From Ranitomeya imitator (lineage: Eukaryota), in the NCBI RefSeq assembly GCF_032444005.1, contig NC_091288.1, positions 211,854,001 to 211,918,000 of the forward strand: a stretch of DNA of 64,000 nucleotides. The letters are read 5' to 3'. The position numbers were made by a program, and so were the translations under genes. Below are positions 25,225-37,497 of the stretch, in pieces. Under the pieces are notes generated by a model. It was not told the origin of the DNA. It was given only the letters and a program-made list of their open reading frames with translations, and searched no databases. The first letter of the stretch is position 1; each line of letters starts with the position of its first letter.

Positions 25225-28200
25225 TGTTATGGCTGGCAATCAGGCAACACAGCGTGCAGTAATCAGCGCACATACAGAGATCTGGCAATAACCAAAAACA
25301 ATAGGACGAGCTCTGAGACGTGGAATCTCTGTAGACTGCAGTACCTGATCTATCCTCACACAACTATAAGCAGCAGTGGATTGCGCCTAACAACTACCTA
25401 TGCAACTCGGCACTGCCTGAGGAGCTGACTAGCCTGAAGATAGAAATACAAGCCTGACTTACCTCAGAGAAATACCCCAAAGGAATAGGCAGCCCCCCAC
25501 ATATAATGACTGTTAGCAAGATGAAAAGACAAACGTAGGAATGAAATAGATTCAGCAAAGTGAGGCCCGATATTCTAGACAGAGCGAGGATAGCAAAGAG
25601 AACTATGCAGTCTACAAAAAACCCTAAAACGAAAACCACGCAAAGGGGCAAAAAGACCCACCGTGCCGAACTAACAGCACGGCGGTGCACCCCTCTGCTT
25701 CTCAGAGCTTCCAGCAAAAGACAAAAGCAAGCTGGACAGAAAAAAACAGAAAACAAACTAGAAGCACTTATCTAGCAGAGCAGCAGGCCCAAGGAAAGAT
25801 GCAGTAGCTCAGATCCAACACTGGAACATTGACAAGGAGCAAGGAAGACAGACTCAGGTGGAGCTAAATAGCAAGGCAGCCAACGAGCTCACCAAAACAC
25901 CTGAGGGAGGAAGCCCAGAGACTGCAATACCACTTGTGACCACAGAAGTGAACTCAGCCACAGAATTCACAACAGTACCCCCCCCCTTGAGGAGGGGTCA
26001 CCGAACCCTCACCAGAACCCCCAGGCCGACCAGGATGAGCCACATGAAAGGCACGAACAAGATCTGGGGCATGGACATCAGAGGCAAAAACCCAGGAATT
26101 ATCTTCCTGAGCATAACCCTTCCATTTGACCAGATACTGGAGTTTCCGTCTAGAGACACGAGAATCCAAAATCTTCTCCACAATATACTCCAATTCCCCC
26201 TCCACCAAAACAGGGGCAGGAGGCTCCACAGATGGAACCACAGGTGCCACGTATCTCCTCAACAACGACCTATGGAATACATTATGTATGGAAAAGGAGT
26301 CTGGGAGGGTCAGACGAAAAGACACCGGATTGAGAATCTCAGAAATCCTATACGGACCAATAAAACGAGGTTTAAATTTAGGAGAGGAAACCTTCATAGG
26401 AATATGACGAGAAGATAACCAAACCAAATCCCCAACACGAAGTCGGGGTCCCACACGGCGTCTGCGATTAGCGAAAAGCTGAGCCTTCTCCTGGGACAAG
26501 GTCAAATTGTCCACTAACTGAGTCCAGATCTGCTGCAACCTGTCCACCACAGAATCCACACCAGGACAGTCCGAAGACTCAACCTGTCCTGAAGAGAAAC
26601 GAGGATGGAACCCAGAATTGCAGAAAAATGGAGAGACCAAGGTATCCGAGCTGGCCCGATTATTAAGGGCGAACTCAGCCAACGGCAAAAATGACACCCA
26701 ATCATCCTGGTCAGCGGAAACAAAACATCTCAGATATGTTTCCAAGGTCTGATTGGTTCGTTCGGTCTGGCCATTAGTCTGAGGATGGAAGGCCGAGGAG
26801 AAAGATAGGTCAATGCCCATCCTACCACAAAAGGCTCGCCAGAACCTCGAGACAAACTGGGAACCTCTGTCAGAAACAATATTCTCAGGAATGCCATGTA
26901 AACGAACCACATGCTGGAAGAACAAAGGCACCAAATCAGAGGAGGAAGGCAATTTAACCAAGGGCACCAGATGGACCATTTTAGAAAAGCGATCACAGAC
27001 CACCCAAATGACCGACATTTTTTGAGAAACGGGAAGGTCAGAAATGAAATCCATCGAAATATGTGTCCAAGGCCTCTTCGGGACCGGCAAGGGCAAAAGC
27101 AACCCACTGGCACGTGAACAGCAGGGCTTAGCCCTAGCACAAATTCCACAGGACTGCACAAAAGCACGCACATCCCGTGACAGAGATGGCCACCAGAAGG
27201 ATCTAGCAACCAACTCCCTGGTACCAAAGATTCCTGGATGACCGGCCAGCACCGAACAATGAAGTTCAGAGATAACTTTACTAGTCCACCTATCAGGGAC
27301 GAACAGTTTCTCGGCCGGACAACGATCAGGTTTATTAGCCTGAAATTTCTGCAACACTCTCCGCAAATCAGGGGAGATGGCAGACACAATGACTCCTTCC
27401 TTGAGGATACTCGCCGGCTCAGATAACCCCGGAGAGTCGGGCACAAAACTCCTAGACAGAGCATCCGCCTTCACATTTTTAGAGCCCGGAAGGTATGAAA
27501 TCACAAAATCAAAACGAGCAAAAAATAACGACCAACGGGCCTGTCTAGGATTCAAGCGCTTGGCAGACTCGAGATAAGTCAAGTTCTTATGATCAGTCAA
27601 TACCACCACGCGATGCTTAGCACCCTCAAGCCAATGACGCCACTCCTCGAATGCCCACTTCATGGCCAGCAACTCTCGGTTGCCCACATCATAATTACGC
27701 TCAGCAGCAGAAAATTTCCTGGAAAAGAAAGCACATGGTTTGAACACTGAGCAACCAGAACCTCTCTGTGACAAAACCGCCCCTGCACCAATCTCAGAAG
27801 CATCAACCTCGACCTGGAACGGAAGAGAAACATCAGGTTGACACAACACAGGGGCACAGCAAAAACGACGCTTCAACTCCTGAAAAGCTTCCACGGCAGC
27901 AGAAGACCAATTAACCAAATCAGCACCCTTCTTGGTCAAATCGGTCAATGGTCTGGCAATGCTAGAAAAATTACAGATGAAGCGACGATAAAAATTAGCA
28001 AAGCCCAGGAATTTCTGCAGACTTTTTAGAGATGTCGGCTGAGTCCAATCCTGGATGGCCTGAACCTTAACCGGATCCATCTCGATAGTAGAAGGGGAAA
28101 AGATGAACCCCAAAAATGAAACTTTCTGCACACCGAAGAGACACTTTGATCCCTTCACGAACAAGGAATTAGCACGCAGTACCTGGAAAACCATTCTGAC

Positions 28201-30918
28201 TTGCTTCACATGAGACTCCCAATCATCTGAGAAGATCAAAATGTCATCCAAGTAAACAATCAAGAATTTATCCAGATACTCACGGAAAATGTCATGCATA
28301 AAAGACTGAAAAACAGATGGAGCATTGGCAAGTCCGAACGGCATCACCAGATACTCAAAATGACCCTCGGGCGTATTAAATGCCGTTTTCCATTCATCTC
28401 CCTGCCTGATTCTCACCAGATTATACGCACCACGAAGATCAATCTTAGTAAACCAACTAGCCCCCTTAATCCGAGCAAACAAGTCAGAAATCAATGGCAA
28501 GGGATACTGAAACTTAACAGTGATCTTATTAAGAAGGCGGTAATCAATACACGGTCTTAGCGAACCATCCTTCTTGGCTACAAAAAAGAACCCTGCTCCC
28601 AATGGTGACGACGATGGGCGAATATGTCCCTTCTCCAGGGACTCCTTCACATAACTGCGCATAGCGGTGTGTTCAGGTACGGACAAATTAAATAAACGAC
28701 CCTTAGGGAATTTACTACCAGGAATCAAATCGATAGCACAATCACAATTCCTATGCGGAGGTAGGGCATCAGACTTGGACTCTTCAAATACATCCTGAAA
28801 GTCCGACAAGAACTCTGGGATGTCAGAAGGAATGGATGACGAAATAGACAAAAATGGAACATCACCATGTACTCCCTGACAACCCCAGCTGGTTACCGAC
28901 ATAGAGTTCCAATCCAATACTGGATTATGGGTTTGTAGCCATGGCAACCCCAACACGACCACATCATGCAAATTATGCAGTACCAGAAAGCGAATAACTT
29001 CCTGATGTGCAGGAGCCATGCACATGGTCAGCTGGGCCCAGTACTGAGGCTTATTCTTGGCCAAAGGTGTAGCATCAATTCCTCTCAACGGAATAGGACA
29101 CCGCAAAGGCTCCAAGAAAAATCCACAACGTTTAGCATAATCCAAATCCATCAGACTCAGGGCAGCGCCTGAATCCACAAACGCCATGACAGAATACGAT
29201 GACAAAGAGCACATTAAGGTAATGGACAAAAGGAATTTGGACTGTACAGTACCAATAACGGCAGAGCTATCGAACCGCCTAGTGCGTTTAGGACAATTAG
29301 AAATAGCATGAGTAGAATCACCACAATAGAAACACAGTCTGTTCAGACGTCTGTGTTCTTGCCGTTCTACTTTAGTCATAGTCCTGTCGCACTGCATAGG
29401 CTCAGGTTTACTCTCAGGCAGTACCGCCAGATGGTGCACAGATTTACGCTCGCGCAAGCGACGACCGATCTGAATGGCCAAGGACATAGACTCATTCAAA
29501 CCAGCAGGCATAGGAAATCCCACCATTACATCCTTAAGAGCTTCAGAGAGACCCTTTCTGAACAAAGCCGCTAGTGCAGATTCATTCCACAGAGTGAGTA
29601 CTGACCATTTCCTAAATTTCTGACAATATACTTCTACATCATCCTGACCCTGGCATAAAGCCAGCAGATTTTTCTCAGCCTGATCCACTGAATTAGGCTC
29701 ATCGTAAAGCAATCCGAGCGCCAGGAAAAATGCATCAACATTACTCAATGCAGAATCTCCTGGTGCAAGAGAAAACGCCCAGTCCTGTGGGTCGCCGCGC
29801 AAAAAAGAAATAATAATCAAAACCTGTTGAATAGGATTACCAGAAGAATGAGGTTTCAAGGCCAAAAATAGCTTACAATTATTTCTGAAGCTCAGGAATT
29901 TAGTTCTGTCACCAAAAAACAAATCAGGAATCGAAATTTTTGGTTCTAGCATCGATTTCTGATCAATAGTATCTTGAATCTTTTGTACATTTACAACGAG
30001 ATTATCCATTGAGGAGCACAGAGCCTGAATATCCATGTCCACAGCTGTGTCCTGAAGCACTCTAATGTCTAGGGGAAAAAAAAGACTGAAGACAGAGCTA
30101 AGAAAAAAAAATGATGTCAGGATTTCTTTTTTCCCTCTATTGGGAATCATTGGTGGGGCTCCTTGTACTGTTATGGCTGGCAATCAGGCAACACAGCGTG
30201 CAGTAATCAGCGCACATACAGAGATCTGGCAATAACCAAAAACAATAGGACGAGCTCTGAGACGTGGAATCTCTGTAGACTGCAGTACCTGATCTATCCT
30301 CACACAACTATAAGCAGCAGTGGATTGCGCCTAACAACTACCTATGCAACTCGGCACTGCCTGAGGAGCTGACTAGCCTGAAGATAGAAATACAAGCCTG
30401 ACTTACCTCAGAGAAATACCCCAAAGGAATAGGCAGCCCCCACATATAATGACTGTTAGCAAGATGAAAAGACAAACGTAGGAATGAAATAGATTCAGCA
30501 AAGTGAGGCCCGATATTCTAGACAGAGCGAGGATAGCAAAGAGAACTATGCAGTCTACAAAAAACCCTAAAACGAAAACCACGCAAAGGGGCAAAAAGAC
30601 CCACCGTGCCGAACTAACAGCACGGCGGTGCACCCCTCTGCTTCTCAGAGCTTCCAGCAAAAGACAAAAGCAAGCTGGACAGAAAAAAAACAGAAAACAA
30701 ACTAGAAGCACTTATCTAGCAGAGCAGCAGGCCCAAGGAAAGATGCAGTAGCTCAGATCCAACACTGGAACATTGACAAGGAGCAAGGAAGACAGACTCA
30801 GGTGGAGCTAAATAGCAAGGCAGCCAACGAGCTCACCAAAACACCTGAGGGAGGAAGCCCAGAGACTGCAATACCACTTGTGACCACAGAAGTGAACTCA
30901 GCCACAGAATTCACAACA
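25225..30918 (-). mobile_element. Ty3/Gypsy chromovirus LTR retrotransposon (Tf1/sushi type), apparently intact
   Basis: 750-bp LTRs at 30169-30918 (5') and 25225-25974 (3'); only two compensating homopolymer indels noticed. PPT at 25975-25987; TSD CTTTAT (25219-25224 / 30919-30924). Confidence 0.98.
25954..30036 (-). CDS. Uninterrupted gag-pol polyprotein (1360 aa from MDIQ): Gag, CCHC, protease, RT, RNase H, integrase, chromodomain
   Basis: Motifs CFYCGDSTHAISNC, FVDSGA, YLDD, DAS, HHCC and EYIVEKILDS..YLVKWKGY, with no stop or frameshift. Start inferred by homology to MDVQ of element 1. Confidence 0.95.
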   Translation of the reverse strand: MDIQALCSSMDNLVVNVQKIQDTIDQKSMLEPKISIPDLFFGDRTKFLSFRNNCKLFLALKPHSSGNPIQQVLIIISFLRGDPQDWAFSLAPGDSALSNVDAFFLALGLLYDEPNSVDQAEKNLLALCQGQDDVEVYCQKFRKWSVLTLWNESALAALFRKGLSEALKDVMVGFPMPAGLNESMSLAIQIGRRLRERKSVHHLAVLPESKPEPMQCDRTMTKVERQEHRRLNRLCFYCGDSTHAISNCPKRTRRFDSSAVIGTVQSKFLLSITLMCSLSSYSVMAFVDSGAALSLMDLDYAKRCGFFLEPLRCPIPLRGIDATPLAKNKPQYWAQLTMCMAPAHQEVIRFLVLHNLHDVVVLGLPWLQTHNPVLDWNSMSVTSWGCQGVHGDVPFLSISSSIPSDIPEFLSDFQDVFEESKSDALPPHRNCDCAIDLIPGSKFPKGRLFNLSVPEHTAMRSYVKESLEKGHIRPSSSPLGAGFFFVAKKDGSLRPCIDYRLLNKITVKFQYPLPLISDLFARIKGASWFTKIDLRGAYNLVRIRQGDEWKTAFNTPEGHFEYLVMPFGLANAPSVFQSFMHDIFREYLDKFLIVYLDDILIFSDDWESHVKQVRMVFQVLRANSLFVKGSKCLFGVQKVSFLGFIFSPSTIEMDPVKVQAIQDWTQPTSLKSLQKFLGFANFYRRFICNFSSIARPLTDLTKKGADLVNWSSAAVEAFQELKRRFCCAPVLCQPDVSLPFQVEVDASEIGAGAVLSQRGSGCSVFKPCAFFSRKFSAAERNYDVGNRELLAMKWAFEEWRHWLEGAKHRVVVLTDHKNLTYLESAKRLNPRQARWSLFFARFDFVISYLPGSKNVKADALSRSFVPDSPGLSEPASILKEGVIVSAISPDLRRVLQKFQANKPDRCPAEKLFVPDRWTSKVISELHCSVLAGHPGIFGTRELVARSFWWPSLSRDVRAFVQSCGICARAKPCCSRASGLLLPLPVPKRPWTHISMDFISDLPVSQKMSVIWVVCDRFSKMVHLVPLVKLPSSSDLVPLFFQHVVRLHGIPENIVSDRGSQFVSRFWRAFCGRMGIDLSFSSAFHPQTNGQTERTNQTLETYLRCFVSADQDDWVSFLPLAEFALNNRASSDTLVSPFFCNSGFHPRFSSGQVESSDCPGVDSVVDRLQQIWTQLVDNLTLSQEKAQLFANRRRRVGPRLRVGDLVWLSSRHIPMKVSSPKFKPRFIGPYRISEILNPVSFRLTLPDSFSIHNVFHRSLLRRYVAPVVPSVEPPAPVLVEGELEYIVEKILDSRVSRRKLQYLVKWKGYAQEDNSWVFASDVHAPDLVRAFHVAHPGRPGGSGEGSVTPPQGGGYCCEFCG

Positions 30919-30963
30919 CTTTATCCCATACTTTCAGTTTTCAATAATGTCTTCATTTCTTAA

Positions 30964-31493
30964 AGGGAATCTGTCACCCCCAAAATTCGCCTATAAGTTA
31001 AGGCCACCGCCATCAGGGGCTTATCTAGAGCATTCTGTAATGCTGTAGATAAGCCCCTGATGTACCTGAAAGATAAGAAAAACAAGTTAGATTATACTCA
31101 CCCAGGGGCGGTCCCGGTGCGGTCCAGTGCGATGGGCGTCGCGGTCCGGGGCCTCCCATCTTCATACGATGACGTCCTCTTCTTTGCTTCCTGTCGCTGC
31201 TCCTGCGCAGGCGTACTTTGTCTGTCCTGCTGAGGGCAGCGTAAAGTACTGCAGTGCGCAGGTGCTGGGCCTCTCTGATCTTTCCCAGCGCCTGCGCACT
31301 GCAGTACTTTGCTCTGCCCTCAACAGGGCAGACAAAGTATGCCTGCGCAGGAGCCGCAGCGTGAAGGCAAGAAGATGACGTCATTGTATGAAGATGGGAG
31401 GCGCCGGACCCGGACCGCGACGCCCATTGGACCAGACCGCATCATGACCACCCCTGGGTGAGTATAATCTAACCTGTTTTCCTTATCTTTCAG
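30964..31493. mobile_element. Kolobok/T2-type palindromic MITE, right arm truncated
   Basis: TTAA|AGGGAATCTGTCACCCC left end; internal inverted repeat ~31066-31493 (CCTGAAAGATAAG / CTTATCTTTCAGG). Confidence 0.75.
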
Positions 31494-34400
31494 GATAGTT
31501 CATCCATTCACTCAATTATTTGCAGATTGGATCTTTATTCATTCATTCTTTTATGCATTCATTGATACATTATGTTAAGTCACGCTTGCACTTGGATTGT
31601 GATCCCACTTTGCTGTGGACCGAGGAGATCCAGGAGGGGCGCGATTAAGTACCTCCCCAAGACTGATCCCGGATGTATGGCAGCAGACGGCACCGCGATA
31701 TGAGGAGAGCCCGGGGAGGTGTGATTAGGTGCTACACCAGGACTGACCTCGGTCACACGGCAGCTGACCCTCAATGAGATATGGTGGTGCTAACGATCAA
31801 GACTGATATGCAGTCAGGCAGGTGTAGAACCCAGTTCAGACTGGACGGGCAGGAACAGCTTCAGGAAGAACTGGGTCACTGGCAGGTACAACTGGAATAC
31901 AGGAACGGGTAGGACCAAGTTAAAACAAAACGGACAGGAACGGATTCAGGAAGAACAAGGTCTCTAGCAAGGGGGTACTGGACCTTAAGTGCAGACAGAC
32001 AGGGAACAGCAGATGCAGGCAGGCAGGGAACCTCTTGTCCTCACAGGATACACAGGAGCAAGTTCACATAGAACAGGCTGTGTCAGGTTAGGACCAGTAA
32101 ACAGGACAGACAGGACCAAATTCACACATGACCAATACAAGGACAGGTACACACAGGACAGCCAGAGCCAGACTCACACAAGGCATTAACCATGAAGTAG
32201 GAAGAGGACACACAAACCACTAATGTTTCACAGAGGCAACAGATTAGAGATAGAGTTCAGACAACAAACCATACAAAAACGAGGACCCCTAAAATATATA
32301 GGAAAAATGGGAAAATACAATGATATGTATCCTAGTAGGCCCTACTAGGTCGCTATACGGAGTCCTTCCTGACAGTAGAGGTTGGCACCCTTAGTTTCTG
32401 CGGTATGGCGCCCCCCACTCATCGTCTGCTTTCCCTGATGTCCCTAATAATCCCGACCAAGAAAAAATGTCCCAAAACAGTCTGTTACCCGTGAAAGTAA
32501 GAATGATGGTGAGCTGGTGGAAACCCACCAATAATATTGTGTATTCAGTAGGTAAAAAAATGAAACCAGCTGTCCTATTCCTGATAGAAATAGTCTTATA
32601 TAGAAGCGGGGCAAGCAGGAATATCCTCCGCACCTATACTAATGTCAGAACCAACAAATAATATGTACAGATTAATAAGCAGCAACAGGTACAACTCAAA
32701 TATTGCTGTAAGAAATATAGGTAGACCGGGTGCAATAATCATGCACTTATCTGGTTGTCCTACTGAGGTTCGTCAGCTCAATGGCAGGGAATCCCATTGT
32801 AAAGTACAAGCCTTAGTCAGGCACCATACATAGCTAAATGGTATGTAGCAGCATCCACTATCAATACCCGACGCGTTTTCCCCCTAGAAAATTCCTAGAG
32901 GGAAAACGCGTCAGGTATTGATATGGGATGCTATTATGCATTACGTTGCTATTATTTTCTCACTGTCCTTAATTGAGATAGGGTTCAGGCCTGGCTGTTC
33001 AGCCCCCAGGGTGTCAGAAACGGCAAAGATCACATACAGGTACAGAGTCACAGATCAGAATTCAGGACTGGGCATTCAACCTGAGGGTGGCAGGAGCAGG
33101 AAAGGACCTGGCAAATCAGCAGTTGCACACACATCGAAAGAGAATGTTGCTCAGGCGCCTCCCAACAGGTGGAAGTGCCTTAAATACCAAGTGCCTCATA
33201 GCAATAAGTTGGTGATAAATTACGAATGCTCGTACTTTCTCTTTAAGAATCAGGAAGTGTACGCGCGGGAGCCTTAAGTATGCACAGCAAGCAGAGGAGC
33301 AGGAGCTCACTGCACACAGCAAGCAGAGGATAAGGAGCTCACTGCACGGCCTGAGGTGATGAATACATCGGTGCCCCTGCATGGCAGGGGATGGGAAGCC
33401 ATGCATGGATGTAGGCAGTGGTGTTACACATTATAAGTTCATTCCTTTTTTCATTCTCATTGATTTAATTAATCAATGATTCATACATTCATTATTTTCA
33501 TCCATTTATTCAAGAATTTTTGTATTCATTTATTCCTATTCATTCTTGCTTATGAATTTATTTATTTATTGTTTAATTATTTTTTAATTCTTTCCTGTGC
33601 ATAAATATTTTCCTTCATTCATTCACCCATTAATTCTCATTCATTGCTTACACCAAATGTATTCAGATCAGCTTCTAGATGTCCTTTTATTGGACTATAG
33701 AAATATGCGTATTCCGGTCATTACAGACCACAAACCATTCATTAATTAAGTTGTTGATTCTTTAATTTTCATTCATTCATTCTAAATTATTTTATTTTTT
33801 CCTCCTCTTCTCCCCAAAAGATATCACTTTTTTATTTTTCCATCCCCATAGCCATATGAGTTCTTGTTTTTGGCGGGACAAGTTGTAGTTGTTAATGACA
33901 CCATTTATTTTACAAAAAAACAGACTAAAAATGAGAACGAAAATTCCAGTTGGAATGAAATCCTGAAAACAATGCAATTCCCCCATTGTTTGTCTTTTTT
34001 TTTTACGGTAAAAATGACCTGACAATATGATTCTCCAGGTCAGTACGATGCCGGCGATACCAAATTTGTTTAACTTGTGTTGCCATTTTCTGAGAACATT
34101 TGCATTTTTCCATTGATTGAGCTGTGTAAGTCGCTTGCTTTATGCATGGTGAGTTGGCGGTTTTATTAATACGAATTTGGGGAAATATCGAATTGCTAAT
34201 TTTAGGATGGTGTTGTGACCAAAACCCCACAATTTTGGAATTTTGATATTTTTTTCTTTTTTAGTACCGTACAATTTAATTAATTTTATCTTTTGTTGAA
34301 TCTAACTTTTATGGACTCGTCGATACTAAATATTATTATCTTTTATTGTTTTAACTTCGTTTTTTTTACCAGGGAAAAAGAGGGGTAATTTAAATTTTAA

Positions 34401-35959
34401 AATTAAATTTGTACTTTTAAAATCTTTTTTTTCTTTTCTTTTTTTTTTTTTTTAATTTATTTTTCACTTCTTAGGGACTTGAATCTGTGGTCACCGGTAT
34501 ACAGGAAAAAAAAGGAGGAAGGAAACTCACCACGCTGGTGTCGATCAAAGTATACTGAGATAATGATGAATGAGTGTCAGATCCGGGCAGCACAGCCAAT
34601 GAGTTAGTGAAGGGAAAATGACTACAGCACATCCATCACGTCTATCCATTTGATAAAAAAAATCTTTATTGAAAAATCATGAAACCACTTTTAAAAAAGG
34701 ATCCATTACAGATAGTAACGCTGACGCATTTCTTGAGTATACAACGCCGTCAATTCATTGATGACAACAGAATACATGGAATACACCAATTGTATATATA
34801 TATTGTCATGGATACACAGTCAGTGGGGTCAAGCATACCACTATGTAAAGGGAACGCAAGTCCACTGCCTCCAATCGCCAGGGCAATTATGCAATTGGCT
34901 GATGCAAATGTCTGCTTCCACTAATAGGCTGGTTATTAGGGAACTCACAGTGAACGTATGGTATATATACCTCCGATTCCAATGCATGGAATATATACAT
35001 ATACCCCCAGTATGGTCACAACCGGCTCCAAAATAACAAAAAAGGAACCAATATTAGCTTCCACCACCAATTGTTTATACAGGCCGATTGGACACCCATT
35101 ACAGGTAGCATAAGGCTTTATGGGTGCGGTTTACAGAGCAAAAGGAACAGAGCTATTGCATTTTATATTTAATCCAGCAAGATAGGCAGTGTTTATAAAA
35201 TATATTCAAAGGTGATGCAAAATGGAATGACAAAAAAAATTACTAAACCTGGTCACAGAAATGGTTCGGAGCGTAGCGGAGGGAAGCACTCTGGGAAAAT
35301 AAATGGATGCAACTCACAGTGAACTATGTCTTCCAAGGACTGACAAATGACCCAAACCCAAATACTGCTTTTTATTAGCTCAAAGTTACGCCCACACACC
35401 TCCCCTGGAAGAACTCACGTGCGAGCTGATTGTCGGATGTACTCAACCATTCAGAACTTTCTGAGATCCCCAATTTGCAGGATATATTCTCCTATCTAGG
35501 TCACAGGCGTTACATGTTGTCATCATGTTTATTATCGCAATTTTATCTTTTTATACAGATGAAATATGACATGTATAGCATCATCCATCTGTACATTATT
35601 GTTGGAGGGGTTCTAATGGCTCTACAGTGATGTGAGTGAATGAGTTCTGTTCTCCCTCTCACTATGACGCCAAAAATCTATATCCCATAAATATCGGATC
35701 GATACAAAACCTCAATATACATATCTGGACAATGGAGACATAATGTCTGGAACACTTTCAGAAAAATCCCTTTAACCCAGGATGTTCTCGCTTGGAACAA
35801 AGTCAGCCCCTGCACTTCTCCACTCCTGCTTAAACAGATCTCAGCTTACTGTCTTTTTGACCTGCAGATATCTTGTTTTAATCACCTGTCCACGACATGA
35901 GATCTCTGCTTCAACAGTTGTTCTAATTAGTTTCTCTCTCCCTAGCTATAATTATTCCC

Positions 35960-36420
35960 ACTTCAAAAGGGACCATCTTTGTATATGGAAATAAAATGTT
36001 TTCTTGCTCCTGGTTAGCTAATATTACCACTGCCAATATTAGATAAATGTTCTCCAATGCTTTAATTTTGTAGTGGTATGACCCAGATAATGTAAATTGC
36101 AGGATTTGCATACAATGCTATATACCACATGGTGTGAATTGATGAATGCGTTAATTTGACGTTCTACACCCTGTGGAAGCCAAAAAAGATTGTTCTTTTT
36201 ATAAACCAATTTGCTATTTTGCATCCGATACTTACAACTCCAGTATGGGATGAAACCGTGAATACTCCCGAATTGTTTAAAAAAAGCACTAATGAGAAGA
36301 GACGGCAGCAGAGTCAGAGAAAGACGCCTGCAGGCACTATCCAATGACAGACAAAAGAAAGAACGTTCGCCATTATAGATCAATCTCCAGAGTGTTTTAA
36401 TACTGGTTGGGACCATATCC
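35960..36420 (-). pseudogene. Penelope-like GIY-YIG endonuclease fragment
   Basis: ORF 36039-36416(-) contains HVVYSIVCKSCNLHYLGHTTTKLK (VVYxIxCxxCxxxYxGxT), followed out of frame by EHLSNI. Confidence 0.7.
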
Positions 36421-36849
36421 GAGCACCAACCTATCCAGGAGTCCTGTATTCCTACTGACTTAATACTATCTGCAATGGTTTTTTCATCTGTTCATGTAGA
36501 TGTTCCTGGGTCTCTCTCATTCAGTGTGCCATTTTCATACTACATCAGTTATAGGGTGAAAATGATAATATACTGTATTCTACAGATCAAAATATAAAAA
36601 ATTCATGTAAAATTTATTTTTATTATCCTCTTCAATCCAGAGTATGGGCTCTTGATTTATTTCAATCCCTGGGTGAGAGAGACCTAAAAATACTTAGCAT
36701 TCACTCTGCTCTAAAAATCTAAGCAAAGAATAGTTCTCTGTCATTGATGAACTGTTACAGCGATACATCATTATTTCAATTTTTGCAGTGGTTATTTATC
36801 TGAACTTGAGCAATTTATTGTGGCAGCCCTAGAATATTTGCTTAATCAC

Positions 36850-37497
36850 AATTATTTTATGTCCGACTTTGATTTTTTTTTACAGACCAAGGGTGCCCCA
36901 ATGGGATCAAAATTATCCCCATCTTTAGCCATCCCCTATATGGCATGGTGGGAGGAAGCCTATATTTTCAGTGTTCAAAACTATGTTTTTCCCATATAAG
37001 CCTGGTACGGCCGATATGTAGATGATGTCCTCCTTGTGTGAACTGGTGGCGTGTTGGCCATGCCACACTTTTTTTCTTATTTAAATTCCAATAATTACAA
37101 TGTTCTGTTTGTCTGTAATCATCCTAAAATTGATGTTTCATTTTTAGAAATCACATTAGCAGGAAATCCATCAACTGGCCGAGTATCTACATCCCTATTT
37201 AGGAAAGACAATGCTGGCAATACTGTTTTGCAATCTACGAGTTGCCACACGAAACACACTACTAATACAATTCCTTATGGAGAATTCACAAGACTCAGAT
37301 GTATTTGTTCTGATGCCTCTGTGTTTTTACATGAAAGTACAATTATTATTGATAGACTACGTGCTAGGGGTTACAATAAATCCAAAGTCCGATGTGCATT
37401 TGATGACATAAAACTCAAATCCAAGGAGGAGATGCTTTACAAAAATAAAAAACAAAAGCCAGAACAATATTATTCAACACGTCTGATTCCCTGTTAA
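36850..37497 (+). pseudogene. Penelope-like reverse transcriptase fragment
   Basis: QTKGAPMGSKLSPSLA, WYGRYVDDVLL and thumb region TSLFRK...IPYGEFTRLRCICS; contains stops and frameshifts. Confidence 0.8.

Noticed and set aside
30037-30183. 49-aa N-terminal extension of the element 2 ORF
   Set aside because: Starts at a non-ATG codon in the LTR and runs through the PBS/leader; absent in element 1.
31570-33430. LTR-like segments (~31570-32210, ~32990-33430)
   Set aside because: Composition suggests solo LTRs, but termini and TSDs could not be fixed.
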